Below, piece by piece: positions 51,471 to 62,128 of a stretch of DNA of 64,000 nucleotides; positions within the stretch are counted from its first letter, which is position 1; each line of letters starts with the position of its first letter. A model generated the notes under the pieces. It was not told the origin of the DNA and made no database searches. It saw only the letters and a program-made list of their open reading frames with translations. This DNA is from Vulcanimicrobiota bacterium (GTDB lineage: Bacteria; Vulcanimicrobiota; Vulcanimicrobiia; Eremiobacterales; Eremiobacteraceae): contig CAWDVP010000002.1 in assembly GCA_963805945.1 (NCBI GenBank), forward strand, positions 192,001 to 256,000, in the 5' to 3' direction. Position numbers and translations under genes: made by a program.

Positions 51471-52963
51471 CTAAGGGAGCACGCGGATGGTTCGCAGTTT
51501 CGGGTCCACGGGGCCCTGGATGTGGACGCCGGCTTTGAGCTCCAGCCGCAGATATGCGATGATCTCCTCGGTGAGTCGCTCGCCCGGGCAGACGATCGGG
51601 ATCCCGGGTGGGTATGGCGTGATCACCTCCGCGCAAATCCGTCCTGCACTTTGCTTGAAAGGAACTTCGACGTGGTCGCTGAGGAAGGCCTCCCTCGGCG
51701 TCACAACTCCCTCGGGAATCGGCGGCAGATTGTAGGTCTTTTTCTTAAGGCGGCTTTCGAGCACGCCGGTCGGCGCGTAGATGTCGATCGGACGGTCCTC
51801 GCGCCCCAACTCGCTCACCGCCAAGACGAGCTGGTCGATGTGATCTTGCGTCGTGCCGATGCTCACCAGCGCGACGACGTTGAAAAGGTCGGCCAATTCG
51901 ACTTGAACGTTGTAACGGTTGCGCAGGATCTGCTCGGCTTCGTAGCCGGTGTAGCCGAGGTCCTTGACCGTGACGACGATGCGCGTCTCGTCGTAGCCGG
52001 CGACGCCCGGACGGCCGACCTGGTCGAGGCCCATGCAGTAGACGCCTGGGATGTCGTTGAGACGGCGGCGGGCCTCGCGGGCGAGCGCTAGGGTCCGGGT
52101 GAGCAGCAGCTCGCCTTCGGTCGCCATCTGCATGCGCGCGACGTCGAGCGAGGCGATGAGCACGAGGTTGGGGCTGGTGCTCTGGAAGATCCGCAGCGTG
52201 CTGCGCAGCCGGCCGATGTCGACGCGTTTGCCGCGCGTGTGGATCATCGAGGCCTGGCTCATGGCCGAGAGCAGTTTGTGGGTCGAGTTGACGCACACAT
52301 CCGCGCCGATCGAGGTCGCCGACGGCGGCAGTTCCGGATGGAAGTGCAGGTGCGGTCCCCAGGCCTCGTCGACGAGCAGCAGCTTGTCGTGCGCGTGGAC
52401 GATCTTCTCTATCGCGTGGAGATCGGCGGTGGCGCCGTAATACGTCGGGCTCGTGATGAAGACGGCTTTCGCTTCGGGATGCTCTTCGAGGGTCTTTTCC
52501 ACCGTCTGCGGCGTGACGCAGTGGTCGAGGTGCAGTTCTTGATCCACCTCGGGCTGCATGAACACCGGCCTGCGCCGCGCTCATGATGAGCGCGCTCGTC
52601 GTCGACTTGTGGCTGTTGCGCGGCAAGATGACCGTGTCGCCGGGGCGCAGCGTCGTCATGAGCATCGCCTGGTTGCCCGCGGTGGAGCCGTTGACGAGGA
52701 AGTGCGTCGTGTCGGCGCCCCAGGCGTGCGCGGCGAGCGTCTGCGCTTCGAGGATCGGCCCGGTCGGCGCGTTCAGATCGTCGAGGTTGCCGACCTGGGT
52801 GAGGTCGATCGCGAGCACGTTGTCGCCGACGAAGTCGCGCATGCGCTTGTGCATGCCGATGCCCTGCTTGTGGCCGGGCGTGTGGAACGGGATGGTGCCG
52901 CTGGTGACGTAGTCCTGCAGCACATCGAAATAGGGCGTGCGAGTGTTGGTCGAGTCGGGGCAC
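51471..52963 (-). CDS. PLP-dependent Orn/Lys/Arg decarboxylase (frameshifted)
   Basis: FHTPGHK, LVNGST, RNSHKS, DEAWG, NSTHK, STSP, PYPPGIP. Confidence 0.9.
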
Positions 52964-52994
52964 TGGACTTGTGGCTCCTGTCTTGACTACCGTA

Positions 52995-53016
52995 GTAGTG
53001 CCCGAGCGAAGCTCGG
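52995..53016. repeat. REP-like palindrome, family C
   Basis: GTAGTGCCCGAGCGAAGCTCGG, inside the decarboxylase leader. Confidence 0.65.
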
Positions 53017-53032
53017 TCGAAAGGAGCCGGTT

Positions 53033-53110
53033 CTACCAGAATTCCCAGAAGTGCCGGCATGCGGGAAGCAGCCGGTGGCGTCGCTCGAGGCGGGAGATGT
53101 GCCGAGCCAT
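53033..53110 (-). CDS. Putative 25-aa leader peptide upstream of the decarboxylase
   Basis: MARHISRLERRHRLLPACRHFWEFW-stop, with anti-SD GGCTCCT 4 nt after the stop. Confidence 0.55.
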   Translation of the reverse strand: MARHISRLERRHRLLPACRHFWEFW

Positions 53111-53187
53111 GTCGTTCTTGATTCCGTCGTCGTCGCTATGCGCCCTTCGCAAGGTCGGGCGCGGCTAGCCACGCGAAGGCGGCGGAC

Positions 53188-54168
53188 ATGAAGGTTTTGT
53201 TAATAGCGCAGCCGGGCGGACCCGAGGTGCTCGCGATCGGCGACCGGCCGACGCCCGTGCCGAAATCCGGCGAACTGCTCGTGCGCGTGCGCGCGGCGGG
53301 GCTCAATCGCGCGGATACGCTGCAGCGGCGTGGCCACTATCCGCCGCCAGCCGGCGTGCCCACGGACATCCCGGGGCTCGAGTACGCCGGCGAGGTGGCG
53401 GCGGTCGGCGAGGGCGTGCGTCATTTCCGCGTCGGCCAGCGCGTCTTCGGCCTGGCGGGCGGCGCCGCGCAGGCCGAATTCATCGCCGTGCCCGAGACGC
53501 TCGCGCTACCCGTGCCGGATAATCTTAGCGATATCGAAGCCGGCGCGATCCCCGAGGCCTACATCACGGCGGACGACGCGCTTTTCGCCAACGGCATGCT
53601 GGCGCCGGGCGAGACGGTGCTCGTCCACGCGGTGGGTTCGGGCGTCGGTCTCGCCGCGCTGCAGATCGCCAAATCGATCGGCTGTAAAGTGCTCGGCACC
53701 GCGCGCGGCAAAGCGAAGCTTTTGCGCGCGATCGAGCTCGGGCTCGACGTCGGGATTCTGCCGAAGCTGGAACCGTTCGACGAGGCGGTGTTGCGCGCGA
53801 CTTCTGGCCGCGGCGTCGACGTCGTCATCGATTTCATCGGGGCGGAATACTTCGAGCGCAACCTCTCCGCGCTCGCGCCGCGCGGCCGGCTCGTCTTCGT
53901 CTCGACGTTAAGCGGTCCGACCGCGGAGTTGTCGATCGCGACGCTCATGCGCAAACGTCTGCGCCTCGCCGGCACGATGCTGCGCAATCGTTCGCTCGAG
54001 GACAAGATCGCCGCGACGCAGGCGTTCGCCGTGCGCGTGTTGCCGCTGTTCGCGAACGGCGCGATCAAGGTGCCGATCGACTCTGTGTATCCGCTCGAAG
54101 AGGCCGCCGCAGCCCACCGTCATATGGAAGAGAACAAGAACTTCGGCAAGATCGTCTTCACGATTTAA
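53188..54168 (+). CDS. NAD(P)H-quinone oxidoreductase, PIG3/MDR family
   Basis: GLNRADTLQRRGHYPPP, PGLE, VHAVGSGVG, GKIV. Confidence 0.88.
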   Translation: MKVLLIAQPGGPEVLAIGDRPTPVPKSGELLVRVRAAGLNRADTLQRRGHYPPPAGVPTDIPGLEYAGEVAAVGEGVRHFRVGQRVFGLAGGAAQAEFIAVPETLALPVPDNLSDIEAGAIPEAYITADDALFANGMLAPGETVLVHAVGSGVGLAALQIAKSIGCKVLGTARGKAKLLRAIELGLDVGILPKLEPFDEAVLRATSGRGVDVVIDFIGAEYFERNLSALAPRGRLVFVSTLSGPTAELSIATLMRKRLRLAGTMLRNRSLEDKIAATQAFAVRVLPLFANGAIKVPIDSVYPLEEAAAAHRHMEENKNFGKIVFTI

Positions 54169-54212
54169 GGGGTTGACGCCGGAGCAGTCAGAGGTGATAT
54201 ACTTTGAGTGAG

Positions 54213-54751
54213 ATGCTTGAGATCACAGTACCCGAGGCCAAGCCTGCGTTCGAGTGGGTCAACGGACGCGCGCTTCAAAAGCCGTACGGCGAAACCAAGC
54301 ATGCGCTCGCGCAGGCGCACTTGCGGGGCCGCTTTGGGCGAATGGGCGCGACGAGTATGGCGCCGGCATGGCCGGCATCGAATGGCGATTCGCGGTGCAG
54401 CCGCCCGTGAAGAGCGTCGCCCGCTCGTGCCCGACGTCGCGTATCCTCTCGTACGCCCGCCTTATCGCATGAGGAGCAATTGAAGACCGACATCCCCTGA
54501 CTCCCGCCCGACGCGGTCGTCGAGGTCCTGTCACCGGACGATCGGCGTCCAGACGTCGATGAAAAGGTGCGCGTGTATCTCGCTGCCGGTACGACGGTAC
54601 TCTTCCTGGTCGACCCGAAATCCCGCAGCGTCGAGGTCTACGACCGGAACGGGCAGACGCACGTCAGCGAGGATGCGGTCTTGGTCCACGATGCGCTGCC
54701 TGGCTTTCGCCTTGCGGTGCATGAGCTTTTCTCGCTACCACGCCGAAATAG
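54213..54751 (+). CDS. Uma2-family (DUF820) nuclease-like protein (multiple frameshifts)
   Basis: KPAFEWVNG, PDVAY, PDAVVEVLSP, YLAAG, LVDP, LPGF. Confidence 0.7.
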
Positions 54752-54771
54752 CCCGCGAAGTCCCTCGCCGC

Positions 54772-55233
54772 TCACGAGTTCCGCTCGATCCGGCACGCGT
54801 AGCAGCCGGCCAGCGCGAAACGTGCGTGGAGATAGGCGATGTCTGGGTCCTCAAGCATCGCCGCGGCGCGCGCTTCGACATCACCGTCCACGAGCGCCGC
54901 TTCCCTGATCTCGTTGCGCTCGCCATAGCCTCGTAGCACGAGTTTCGAGGTCTTGAAGTCATCGGAAATGGTGCGCCGTCGAGGCGCGTCGCACTCATCC
55001 GCGTGGACGAAGATCGGCCCTACTTCTTTGTAGGGGCTCGGCGCGGAAAACGGGCTGTGCGAGAACAGCAGCACGGCTTCGCGGGGCTTGGAACGCCTCA
55101 GGCAGTGCCTGCACGGCGCTCCGCCCTCGTCAGGCGCGCTGCGTTCGATGGGATTGCCGAAAGCGTCGTGGGTGTTGTGGCGGGCACCGTGCGCGACGTC
55201 GGTCGCGAGCGCCACGATCTTCAATGTGCTCAT
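54772..55233 (-). CDS. DUF1203-domain protein
   Basis: PCRHCL, PYKEVGPIFVHA, YLHAR...GCY. Confidence 0.8.
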   Translation of the reverse strand: MSTLKIVALATDVAHGARHNTHDAFGNPIERSAPDEGGAPCRHCLRRSKPREAVLLFSHSPFSAPSPYKEVGPIFVHADECDAPRRRTISDDFKTSKLVLRGYGERNEIREAALVDGDVEARAAAMLEDPDIAYLHARFALAGCYACRIERNS

Positions 55234-55287
55234 GCTCGGATGATAACCCGAGCGCGAGAATCGTTCTATCCGATTATTGCGGCGGCA

Positions 55288-55974
55288 TCAGAGCGGCTGC
55301 CAGAGGTCGCCTTCGCGCACCGTGCCGCCTGTGGCGACGCGGCAATACACGCCGAAGTTGCCCTCGTGTTGCTGCACCATGAACCGCAAGAATCCGGGAT
55401 CCTCTTCGTACGTCTGCGGGTCGATCGTCGTCAGCACGCAGCGCTCGTTCATCTTCACCGCTTCGAGCTCGAGGTCGCCGATCTTGAAGCGTTTGCCCGG
55501 CCATGCGAGCTCCGAGTACGGCTGCGCATCGGGGCCGTCGAGCATGATGCTCGGACGAAAACGCATCGGGTCGCGCTCCGAGCCGTATTCTTCGGTAAGC
55601 GCGCGGACCGACGCGAGATTGATGACGAGCACGTCGGAGTCGTCGTGATTGGCGCCGCTCGTGTCTTCGTGCAGGCTTGCCGGCCGCCCGACGAGCTGTG
55701 CGAGCGCTTCGCTGAAGCTGGGATCGTCAGAGCGCAGCGTCGCGCCGGCGGCGGTCTTCACCGCGACCGTGCCGCGCTCGTCCACCGATGCCGCATGCGA
55801 GAGCATGCTATGCACCTGGCGCGCGGTGATGGGGTGGCCGTGCCGCAATTCGCTCTCGTCGACGAGCATGAAGCGGCGATCCTGCTCGGGACCGCCCGGG
55901 CCGAAGCGCAGCGCCTTTAGGCGTTCGCCGCGGAACGACTTGATCGGGTAGCGCCAGAGTTGTGCGACGTTCAG
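55288..55974 (-). CDS. MOSC-domain protein
   Basis: LWRYPIKS, DRRF, RFRP, RCVLTT, FGVY. Apparent CTG start. Confidence 0.85.
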   Translation of the reverse strand: MNVAQLWRYPIKSFRGERLKALRFGPGGPEQDRRFMLVDESELRHGHPITARQVHSMLSHAASVDERGTVAVKTAAGATLRSDDPSFSEALAQLVGRPASLHEDTSGANHDDSDVLVINLASVRALTEEYGSERDPMRFRPSIMLDGPDAQPYSELAWPGKRFKIGDLELEAVKMNERCVLTTIDPQTYEEDPGFLRFMVQQHEGNFGVYCRVATGGTVREGDLWQPL

Positions 55975-56501
55975 GCTTCTACGCGCTCTTCGATCGAGAC
56001 ATCATACAAGAATAGGAACTTGTACCACTCGCCCGGCACGGTGTGGCGCTTCACCTGGATCCACGGGATGTACTTCGGCCGGCGCGGCTTGCGCAGCAGC
56101 TTCAGGTTTGCGTCTTGCGGCGTGCGGTTGTTCTTGCGATTATTGCAATCCAGACATGCGCAACAGAGGTTCTCCCACGTCGAGGGCCCGCCGGCGCTCT
56201 TAGGCACGATGTGGTCGACGGTCATCGGACCGTTGGCCTTGTTGCCGCAGTACTGGCAGCGGTAGTCGTCGCGCAACAGCACGTTCTTCTTCGTGAGCGC
56301 CACCTGCTGACGCGGACGCCGGATGTAGTAGAGCATGCGGATGATGGACGGCATGCGCATCTGGAAGGTGGCCGCGCGGAGCAGCCGCTCGTGCTGGTGG
56401 AGCACCTCGGCCTTGCCCGCGAAGACGAGCTTCACCGCGCGCTGCAACGACGTGACGTTGAGCGCCTCGTAGGTGGCGTTGAGGACGAGGACGTCGGTCA
56501 C
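55971..56501 (-). CDS. HNH endonuclease
   Basis: VLVLNATY, RDDYRCQYCG, TVDHIVP, CLDCNNRK. Confidence 0.88.
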   Translation of the reverse strand: MTDVLVLNATYEALNVTSLQRAVKLVFAGKAEVLHQHERLLRAATFQMRMPSIIRMLYYIRRPRQQVALTKKNVLLRDDYRCQYCGNKANGPMTVDHIVPKSAGGPSTWENLCCACLDCNNRKNNRTPQDANLKLLRKPRRPKYIPWIQVKRHTVPGEWYKFLFLYDVSIEERVEA

Positions 56502-56579
56502 GACGCCGTAATCCCCCAAGGGGCTACCATAGCACCTACTGTCTTGGGCACGCGGGGGGAGGTCGCCCTGCTTCCGCGC

Positions 56580-57171
56580 TTAGCGGGCGGCGGCGCTTCG
56601 CGCGTGTGTGACCAGGTCTATGAACAGCTTGTGGATGCGGGGGTCATCGGTCAATTCGGGGTGGAACGAGGTGCCCAAGAGGTTGCCTTGGCGCACCATG
56701 ACGCCTTTGCCATCCAATGTGGCGATGATCTTCGCGTCGTCGTGCGCGGATTCGATCCATGGCGCGCGGATGAACACGCCAGGGAACGGCGCGTCCAAAC
56801 CTTTGACGCGCAGCGGCACTTCCGCGCTCTCGATCTGGCGGCCAAAGGCGTTGCGCTTGACCTCGATGTGCAGCAGACCCGAGCGTCGGCTGCTGCGATC
56901 CGGCGACCTTGTCCGCCATGACGATCATGCCCATGCACGTGCCCCACATCGGCATGCCGTGCTTGACACGCTCGAGCAGCGGCTTGGCGAGCCCGAAGTG
57001 TTCGAGCATGACGCCGACCGTCGTGGACTCGCCGCCTGGGATGATGAGGCCGTCGACCGCTTCGAGTTCGGCTGGCGTCTTGACGCGCACCGCCGTGACG
57101 TCGCAGCGCTCGAGCATCGCGATGTGCTCTTCGACATCGCCTTGCAGCCCAAGGACGCCGATGGTCGTCAC
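56580..57171 (-). CDS. pdxT: PLP synthase glutaminase subunit (frameshifted)
   Basis: GVLGLQG, PGGEST, GTCMG, FIRAP, FHPE. Confidence 0.9.
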
Positions 57172-58125
57172 CAGCCGCGTGCCGGCCAGCAGCTGTTCTT
57201 TCGGGATCTGGCTGATCTCGAGACCGGCCATCGGCGCGCCGAGCTCCTTGCTCACCTCGAGCACGACCTTCGGATCGTCGAAGTAGTGCGTCGCTTCGAC
57301 GATCGCCTTGGCGGTCTTCGCGGGGTTCGCGCTCTTGAAGATGCCCGAGCCGACGAACACGCCTTCGGAACCGAGCTGCATGCACAGCGCCGCGTCTGCG
57401 GGCGTGGCGATGCCGCCGGCGACGAACGTGACCACCGGCAGCCGGCCGAGCTCTGCGACTTCGCGCACGAGCTCGACCGGTGCGCCGAGATCTTTGGCGG
57501 TCGCCACGAATTCTTCTTCGGGCAGCGTGCTGAGCCGGCGGATCTCGCTCGTGACCTCGCGCAGATGGCGGATGGCCTCGACGATGTTGCCGGAGCCGGC
57601 CTCGCCCTTGGTGCGGATCATCGCGGCGCCTTCGGCGATCCGGCGCAGCGCTTCGCCGAGGTTGCGCGCGCCGCACACGAACGGCACGGTGAACGGGCGC
57701 TTGTCGATATGGTACCGCTCGTCGGCGGGCGTGAGCACTTCGCTCTCATCGATGAAGTCGATGCCGAGCGCCTCGAGCACTTGCGCCTCGACGAAATGGC
57801 CGATGCGCGCCTTGGCCATCACCGGGATGGTGACCGCGTCCATGATGCGCTGCACGACTTCGATCGCCGCCATGCGCGCGACGCCGCCTTCTTTGCGGAT
57901 GTCGGCCGGCACGCGTTCGAGCGCCATGACCGCGACCGCGCCCGCTTCTTGCGCGATGGTCGCCTGCTCGGGCGTGGTGACGTCCATGATGACGCCGCCT
58001 TTGAGCATCTGCGCCAGACCGCGCTTGACTTTTTCCGTGCCCTTGTGCTTTTGCGGCTTCTCCGCGGCCTTTTCGGCCTTCTCGGCCTTTTCGGTCTTGT
58101 CGTGCTTGCCGTTCTTGTCAGCCAT
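57168..58125 (-). CDS. pdxS: PLP synthase lyase subunit (frameshift at extreme 3' end)
   Basis: [39 protein letters not shown]. Confidence 0.92.
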
Positions 58126-58141
58126 GATCATCCCTCAAGAA

Positions 58142-58169
58142 AGGCCGATCTAAAGATCGGCCTCTACAT
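58142..58169. repeat. REP-like palindrome, family A
   Basis: AGGCCGATCTAAAGATCGGCCTCTACAT. Confidence 0.75.
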
Positions 58170-58219
58170 TCTAGGTCGCGCGACAGCGATCCGTAACCCC
58201 ATTGGGGACAACCAGGACG

Positions 58220-59351
58220 CTAGAACGTCGCTTGGCCCTGCAGTTCCGCGCCGCTCGTGATGTGGCCCTCGATGGCCAGCCGGAACTCGGTCGGCTTGTC
58301 CGCCTTCGAGAAGGCCTCTTTCTCCGTGACCAAACCGCTCTGGTACAGGTCGAGCAGCGATTGCGTGAAGGTCTGCATGCCTTCCATGCGGCCGGTCGTC
58401 ATGTAGCCGTACATCTCGGAGAACTTGGCCTCCATGATGAGGCTCTTGATGGTCGGCGTCGCGATGAGCACTTCGATCGCAGGCACGCGGCCCGAGCCGT
58501 CGATGCGCTGGAGCAGGCGCTGCGAGACGATGCCGCGCAGCGAGGTCGCCAGCTGCACCATGAACATCTTGCGGTTCGCTTCCGGCAGCGCGTCCATGAT
58601 ACGTTCGAGCGCCTGCGTCGTGTTCTGCGTGTGCAGGGTCGAGAGCACCAAGTGGCCGGTCTCGGCCGCGGTGAGCGCGGTGATGATCGACTCCGGATCG
58701 CGCATCTCACCGATGAGGATGACGTCGGGGTCTTGGCGCAGCGCTTGCTTGAGCGCGATGGTGTACGATTCGGTGTCGATGCCGACCTCGCGCTGCGAGA
58801 TGATCGAGAGCTTGTCGACGTGGATGTACTCGATCGGGTCTTCGATCGTGACGATGTGGCGGCGCGACGTCGAGTTGATGTAGTCGATCATCGCGGCGAG
58901 CGTCGTGGACTTGCCGGTGCCGGTGGCGCCGGTGAGCAGCACGATGCCGTCGGGGAATTCGCACAGGTCGCGCAAGCGACGCGGGCACGCGCAGCTCTTC
59001 GAACGACGGGATGTCGAGCCGCACGGTACGATAGGCGGCGCTGATGGTGCCGCGCTGGAAGTATGCGTTGACGCGGAAGCGGCCGTGGCCATGCAGGCCG
59101 TAGGCGTAGTCGACTTCCTTCGTCTCGAGGAACTCTTGCTGCTGCGCGCGCGTCATGGACGAGAAGATGAGGTTCTCGCATTCGGGCAGCGAGAGCGGCC
59201 GTTCGGACAGCGGCGTCAGCACGCCGTGCACGCGCGCGATCGGCGGCGCCGCGGCTTTGAGGTGGAGGTCGGACGCCCCCATCGCCAGCATCTGCCGCAG
59301 CAGGCTGTCGAGGTCGAGGGTGGTCGAAGTGCGGCCGTTGGAACTGTCCAC
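58220..59351 (-). CDS. pilT: Type IV pilus ATPase, PilT/PilU family (frameshifted)
   Basis: GASDLHL, RFRVN, GATGTGKST, TIEDPIE, LRQDPD, TGHLV, TLHT, GMQT. Confidence 0.88.
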
Positions 59352-59521
59352 GAGATGTCTCCCGGGCGCGAATTGCGCAGCCAGCCCGCCCCTGGGGACG
59401 AGCGTGTCTTCCTATTATATCGGCAATTCCGGCTTTTGTCCTCGCGCCGCCCGGGGAACGTGGGACAGGACGGCCTTTTCGAGCGTCCGAAGCCTGGGAC
59501 CGTGATACGGGAGGCCGCACC

Positions 59522-60387
59522 GTGAAGCGCTTGGCACGAGCCAAGCTCAATCTGCGCTTGGACGTCCTGGGCCTCGAGCCTAGCGGCCTGCACGCGATCC
59601 GCTCGCTTATCGCGGAGTTGGACCTGGCAGACGACGTCGAAATCACCGAAAGCGACGGGCCGTTCAGCGTGACCTGTGAAGGCGCGGATATCCCCGAGCG
59701 CGAGAATCTCGCCTGGCTGGCCGGCACGCGGCTGGGGGTCGACCTCACCGGCCTGCAAGGTCCATATCCGCAAGAACATCCCGATGCAAGCGGGCCTGGG
59801 CGGCGGTAGTGCCGATGCGGCCGCGGTGCTGCGCGCTTTGACACGACCTGCTAAAACAGCGCGGCGTGACGATCTCCGACGAACAGCTGCGCAGCGCCGC
59901 GCGCGTCGGTTCCGACGTGCCCGCGTGCCTGGTGCCCGGCTTCAAGATCGTGGAAGGCACGGGCGACGTCGTGCGCCCGGTTCCTTTGGAGGCCCCGCCT
60001 GGGGTGTGCTCCTGCTGCGGCCGCCCGCCGGGGTGCCGACCGCAGAAGCCTATCGCTTGCTCGACGCCGGCCGCACCAAAGGCGCCCCGCCTTCGACGAC
60101 GACCGAATCTGCTGGAACTGTGCAAGGCGATCGAGGCATTCGACTTCCAGCGGACGTGCGCGCTGCTCTACAACGATTTCCAGCCGGTGCTCGAGTTCGT
60201 GTTCCCCAACGTCGCCGAAGCGCGGCGGCGGCTCCGAGCGGCGGGCGCTGCGGCGACGCTGCTGTGCGGCAGCGGTTCGTGCGTCGCGGGCTTCTTCCAG
60301 ACGCGCGCCGCCGCGAAGGCCGCCTTCGGCTCGCTCGCGATCGCCGACGGCGAATGGGCGACGGCGACCGGCTTTAGCGTTGCCTGA
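59522..60387 (+). CDS. ispE: 4-diphosphocytidyl-2-C-methyl-D-erythritol kinase (frameshifted)
   Basis: AKLNLRLDV, KNIPMQAGLGGGSADAAA, GSDVP, GSGS. Confidence 0.85.
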
Positions 60388-61173
60388 CGACGCGTTCACC
60401 GTCGTCGCGCTCGCCGGCGGCACGCTCGAGCGCGACTTCCGCGATGCCGGGTATCCGCGCGGCGAACAAAGCCTATCTGCCGATCGGGCGGCACGCTCAT
60501 GCTCGAGCGCGTGCTGCGCGCGTTCCGCGGTTCGCGCGCGGTGGGCAAGATCCGCGTCGTCACCGATGCGGAGCGCCTTCCGAGAGGCGTTCGGCACGGA
60601 TACGAATGCGCTGTGCGACGAGCTCATCGCCCCCGGCGATGGGCTCATCAACAGCATGCTCGCGGGGTTTCGCCGAAATGGATTCGCGCGAGCGCGTCAT
60701 CGTCACCGCGACCGACGTGCCGTTGCTCACGCCGGCGATCGTGGATGCGTTCGCCGACAAGGCCCGCGCATCTCGGCAGCTACGACATCGGCTATGGTTT
60801 CGTCGCTCGCGACCGCTCCGAGTCGAAGTATCCGCAAGTCCGCCACACCTGGGTGCGCCTGCGCGAGGGCGTCTTCTGCGGCGGCGGCGTGAGCGTGCTG
60901 CGCGCCGGCGCCGCGGCGCAGACCGCGGATCTGCTGCGCCGCGTCACCTCGCTGCGCAAATCGCCGGCTCGCTTGGCGATGATGTTCTCGCCGGCGCTGC
61001 TCGCGCGCCTGGTCTTCGGCGGCGTGAGCATCGCCGACATCGAGGCGCGCGCGGACCAGATCAGCGGACTGCGCTGCCGCGGCCTGTTGTGCGACGCGCC
61101 GGAGCTCGCGGTGAACGTCGACCGTCTCACCGATCTGCACATCGTCGAAAACATCGTGAAAGGAGCCGCATGA
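60380..61173 (+). CDS. Nucleotidyltransferase-like (MobA-like NTP transferase) protein (frameshifted)
   Basis: VALAGG, NKAYLPIG, TDVPLL, VNVD. Confidence 0.7.
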
Positions 61174-61544
61174 CCAAGAAGAACGATTTCGCCGAGGTCG
61201 CTGCCGCTCTCGGGGCGATCGTGAAGCGTGCGGGGCCGCGGCTCAAGTGCGCGGACACCTCCGGTGGTCGCTGGTGGTACCCCCCGGCCGTGGTGCATAA
61301 GGGCAAGCCGCTCTATGCGGCGGGCGTGCGGATCAACAAGAACTACGTGAGCTTCCATTTCGTGCCGCTGTACATGTACCCGGATCTGGGAGCGCGCATG
61401 TCGCCGGCGCTCAAGCGACACCGCCAGGGCAAAGCGTGTTTCAATTTCAAGGAAGTCGACGGATGCGCTCTTCACCGAGCTGAGCGCGCTCACCAAAGCG
61501 GGACTCGAGCGGTTCAAGACGTTCAAGACAAAGGATTGATCTAA
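61170..61544 (+). CDS. Hypothetical protein (DUF1801-like)
   Basis: KNYVSFHFVPLY and QGKACFNFK. Confidence 0.55.
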   Translation: MTKKNDFAEVAAALGAIVKRAGPRLKCADTSGGRWWYPPAVVHKGKPLYAAGVRINKNYVSFHFVPLYMYPDLGARMSPALKRHRQGKACFNFKEVDGCALHRAERAHQSGTRAVQDVQDKGLI

Positions 61545-61550
61545 AGAAAA

Positions 61551-61579
61551 AGGGCCGACCTGAAGGTCGGCCCCTACAT
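61551..61579. repeat. REP-like palindrome, family A
   Basis: AGGGCCGACCTGAAGGTCGGCCCCTACAT. Confidence 0.8.
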
Positions 61580-61593
61580 AGGATTGACTGCGC

Positions 61594-62124
61594 TCAGTCG
61601 ACGATGCCGATGCCCTCGGCGCGATAGTCCTTCGTCAAGCGGATGTACGCATCCGATGACACGTCGAGCCACTTCTCCGCGCCGCCTTCGAGTTTCTTCT
61701 TGACTTTGGCCGGCACGCCCGCGGCGAGGCACTCGGACGGGATCTCCTGATCCTCGAGCACCACCGCACCCGCGGCGATGACGCTGCGCTCGCCGACCTT
61801 GGCGCGGTCGAGCACGACCGCGTTCATGCCGATGAGCGCGTAGCTGCCGATGTGGCACGCTTCGAGGATCGCGCCGTGGCCGATCGTGACGTGATCTTCG
61901 ATCACCGTGTCGTGGCCTTCGTACACGTGGATGACGACGTTATCTTGGACGGAAGTATGCGCGCCGATGCGGATCGCGGCTTCGTCGCCGCGCAGCACCG
62001 CGCCGAACCATACGCTCGCGCCCTCGCCGATCTCGACATCGCCGATGATCGAGGCGGTGGGCGCGACGAACGCGCCCTTTCCTATCTTCGGCGTCTTGCC
62101 CTTGAACGGCAGGATGCACGCCAT
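61594..62124 (-). CDS. Gamma carbonic anhydrase-family protein
   Basis: IGDVEIG, WFGAVLRGD, VQDNVVIH, TIGH, hexapeptide repeats. Confidence 0.9.
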   Translation of the reverse strand: MACILPFKGKTPKIGKGAFVAPTASIIGDVEIGEGASVWFGAVLRGDEAAIRIGAHTSVQDNVVIHVYEGHDTVIEDHVTIGHGAILEACHIGSYALIGMNAVVLDRAKVGERSVIAAGAVVLEDQEIPSECLAAGVPAKVKKKLEGGAEKWLDVSSDAYIRLTKDYRAEGIGIVD

Positions 62125-62128
62125 CCCG

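Noticed and set aside
54213..56501. Uma2 plus HNH as a defence system
   Set aside because: They are on opposite strands, separated by unrelated genes, and both families are common stand-alone genes.
56644..58131. PdxS-PdxT fusion
   Set aside because: One indel near 57180 explains it. The expected RGW-stop overlapping the pdxT GTG is present.
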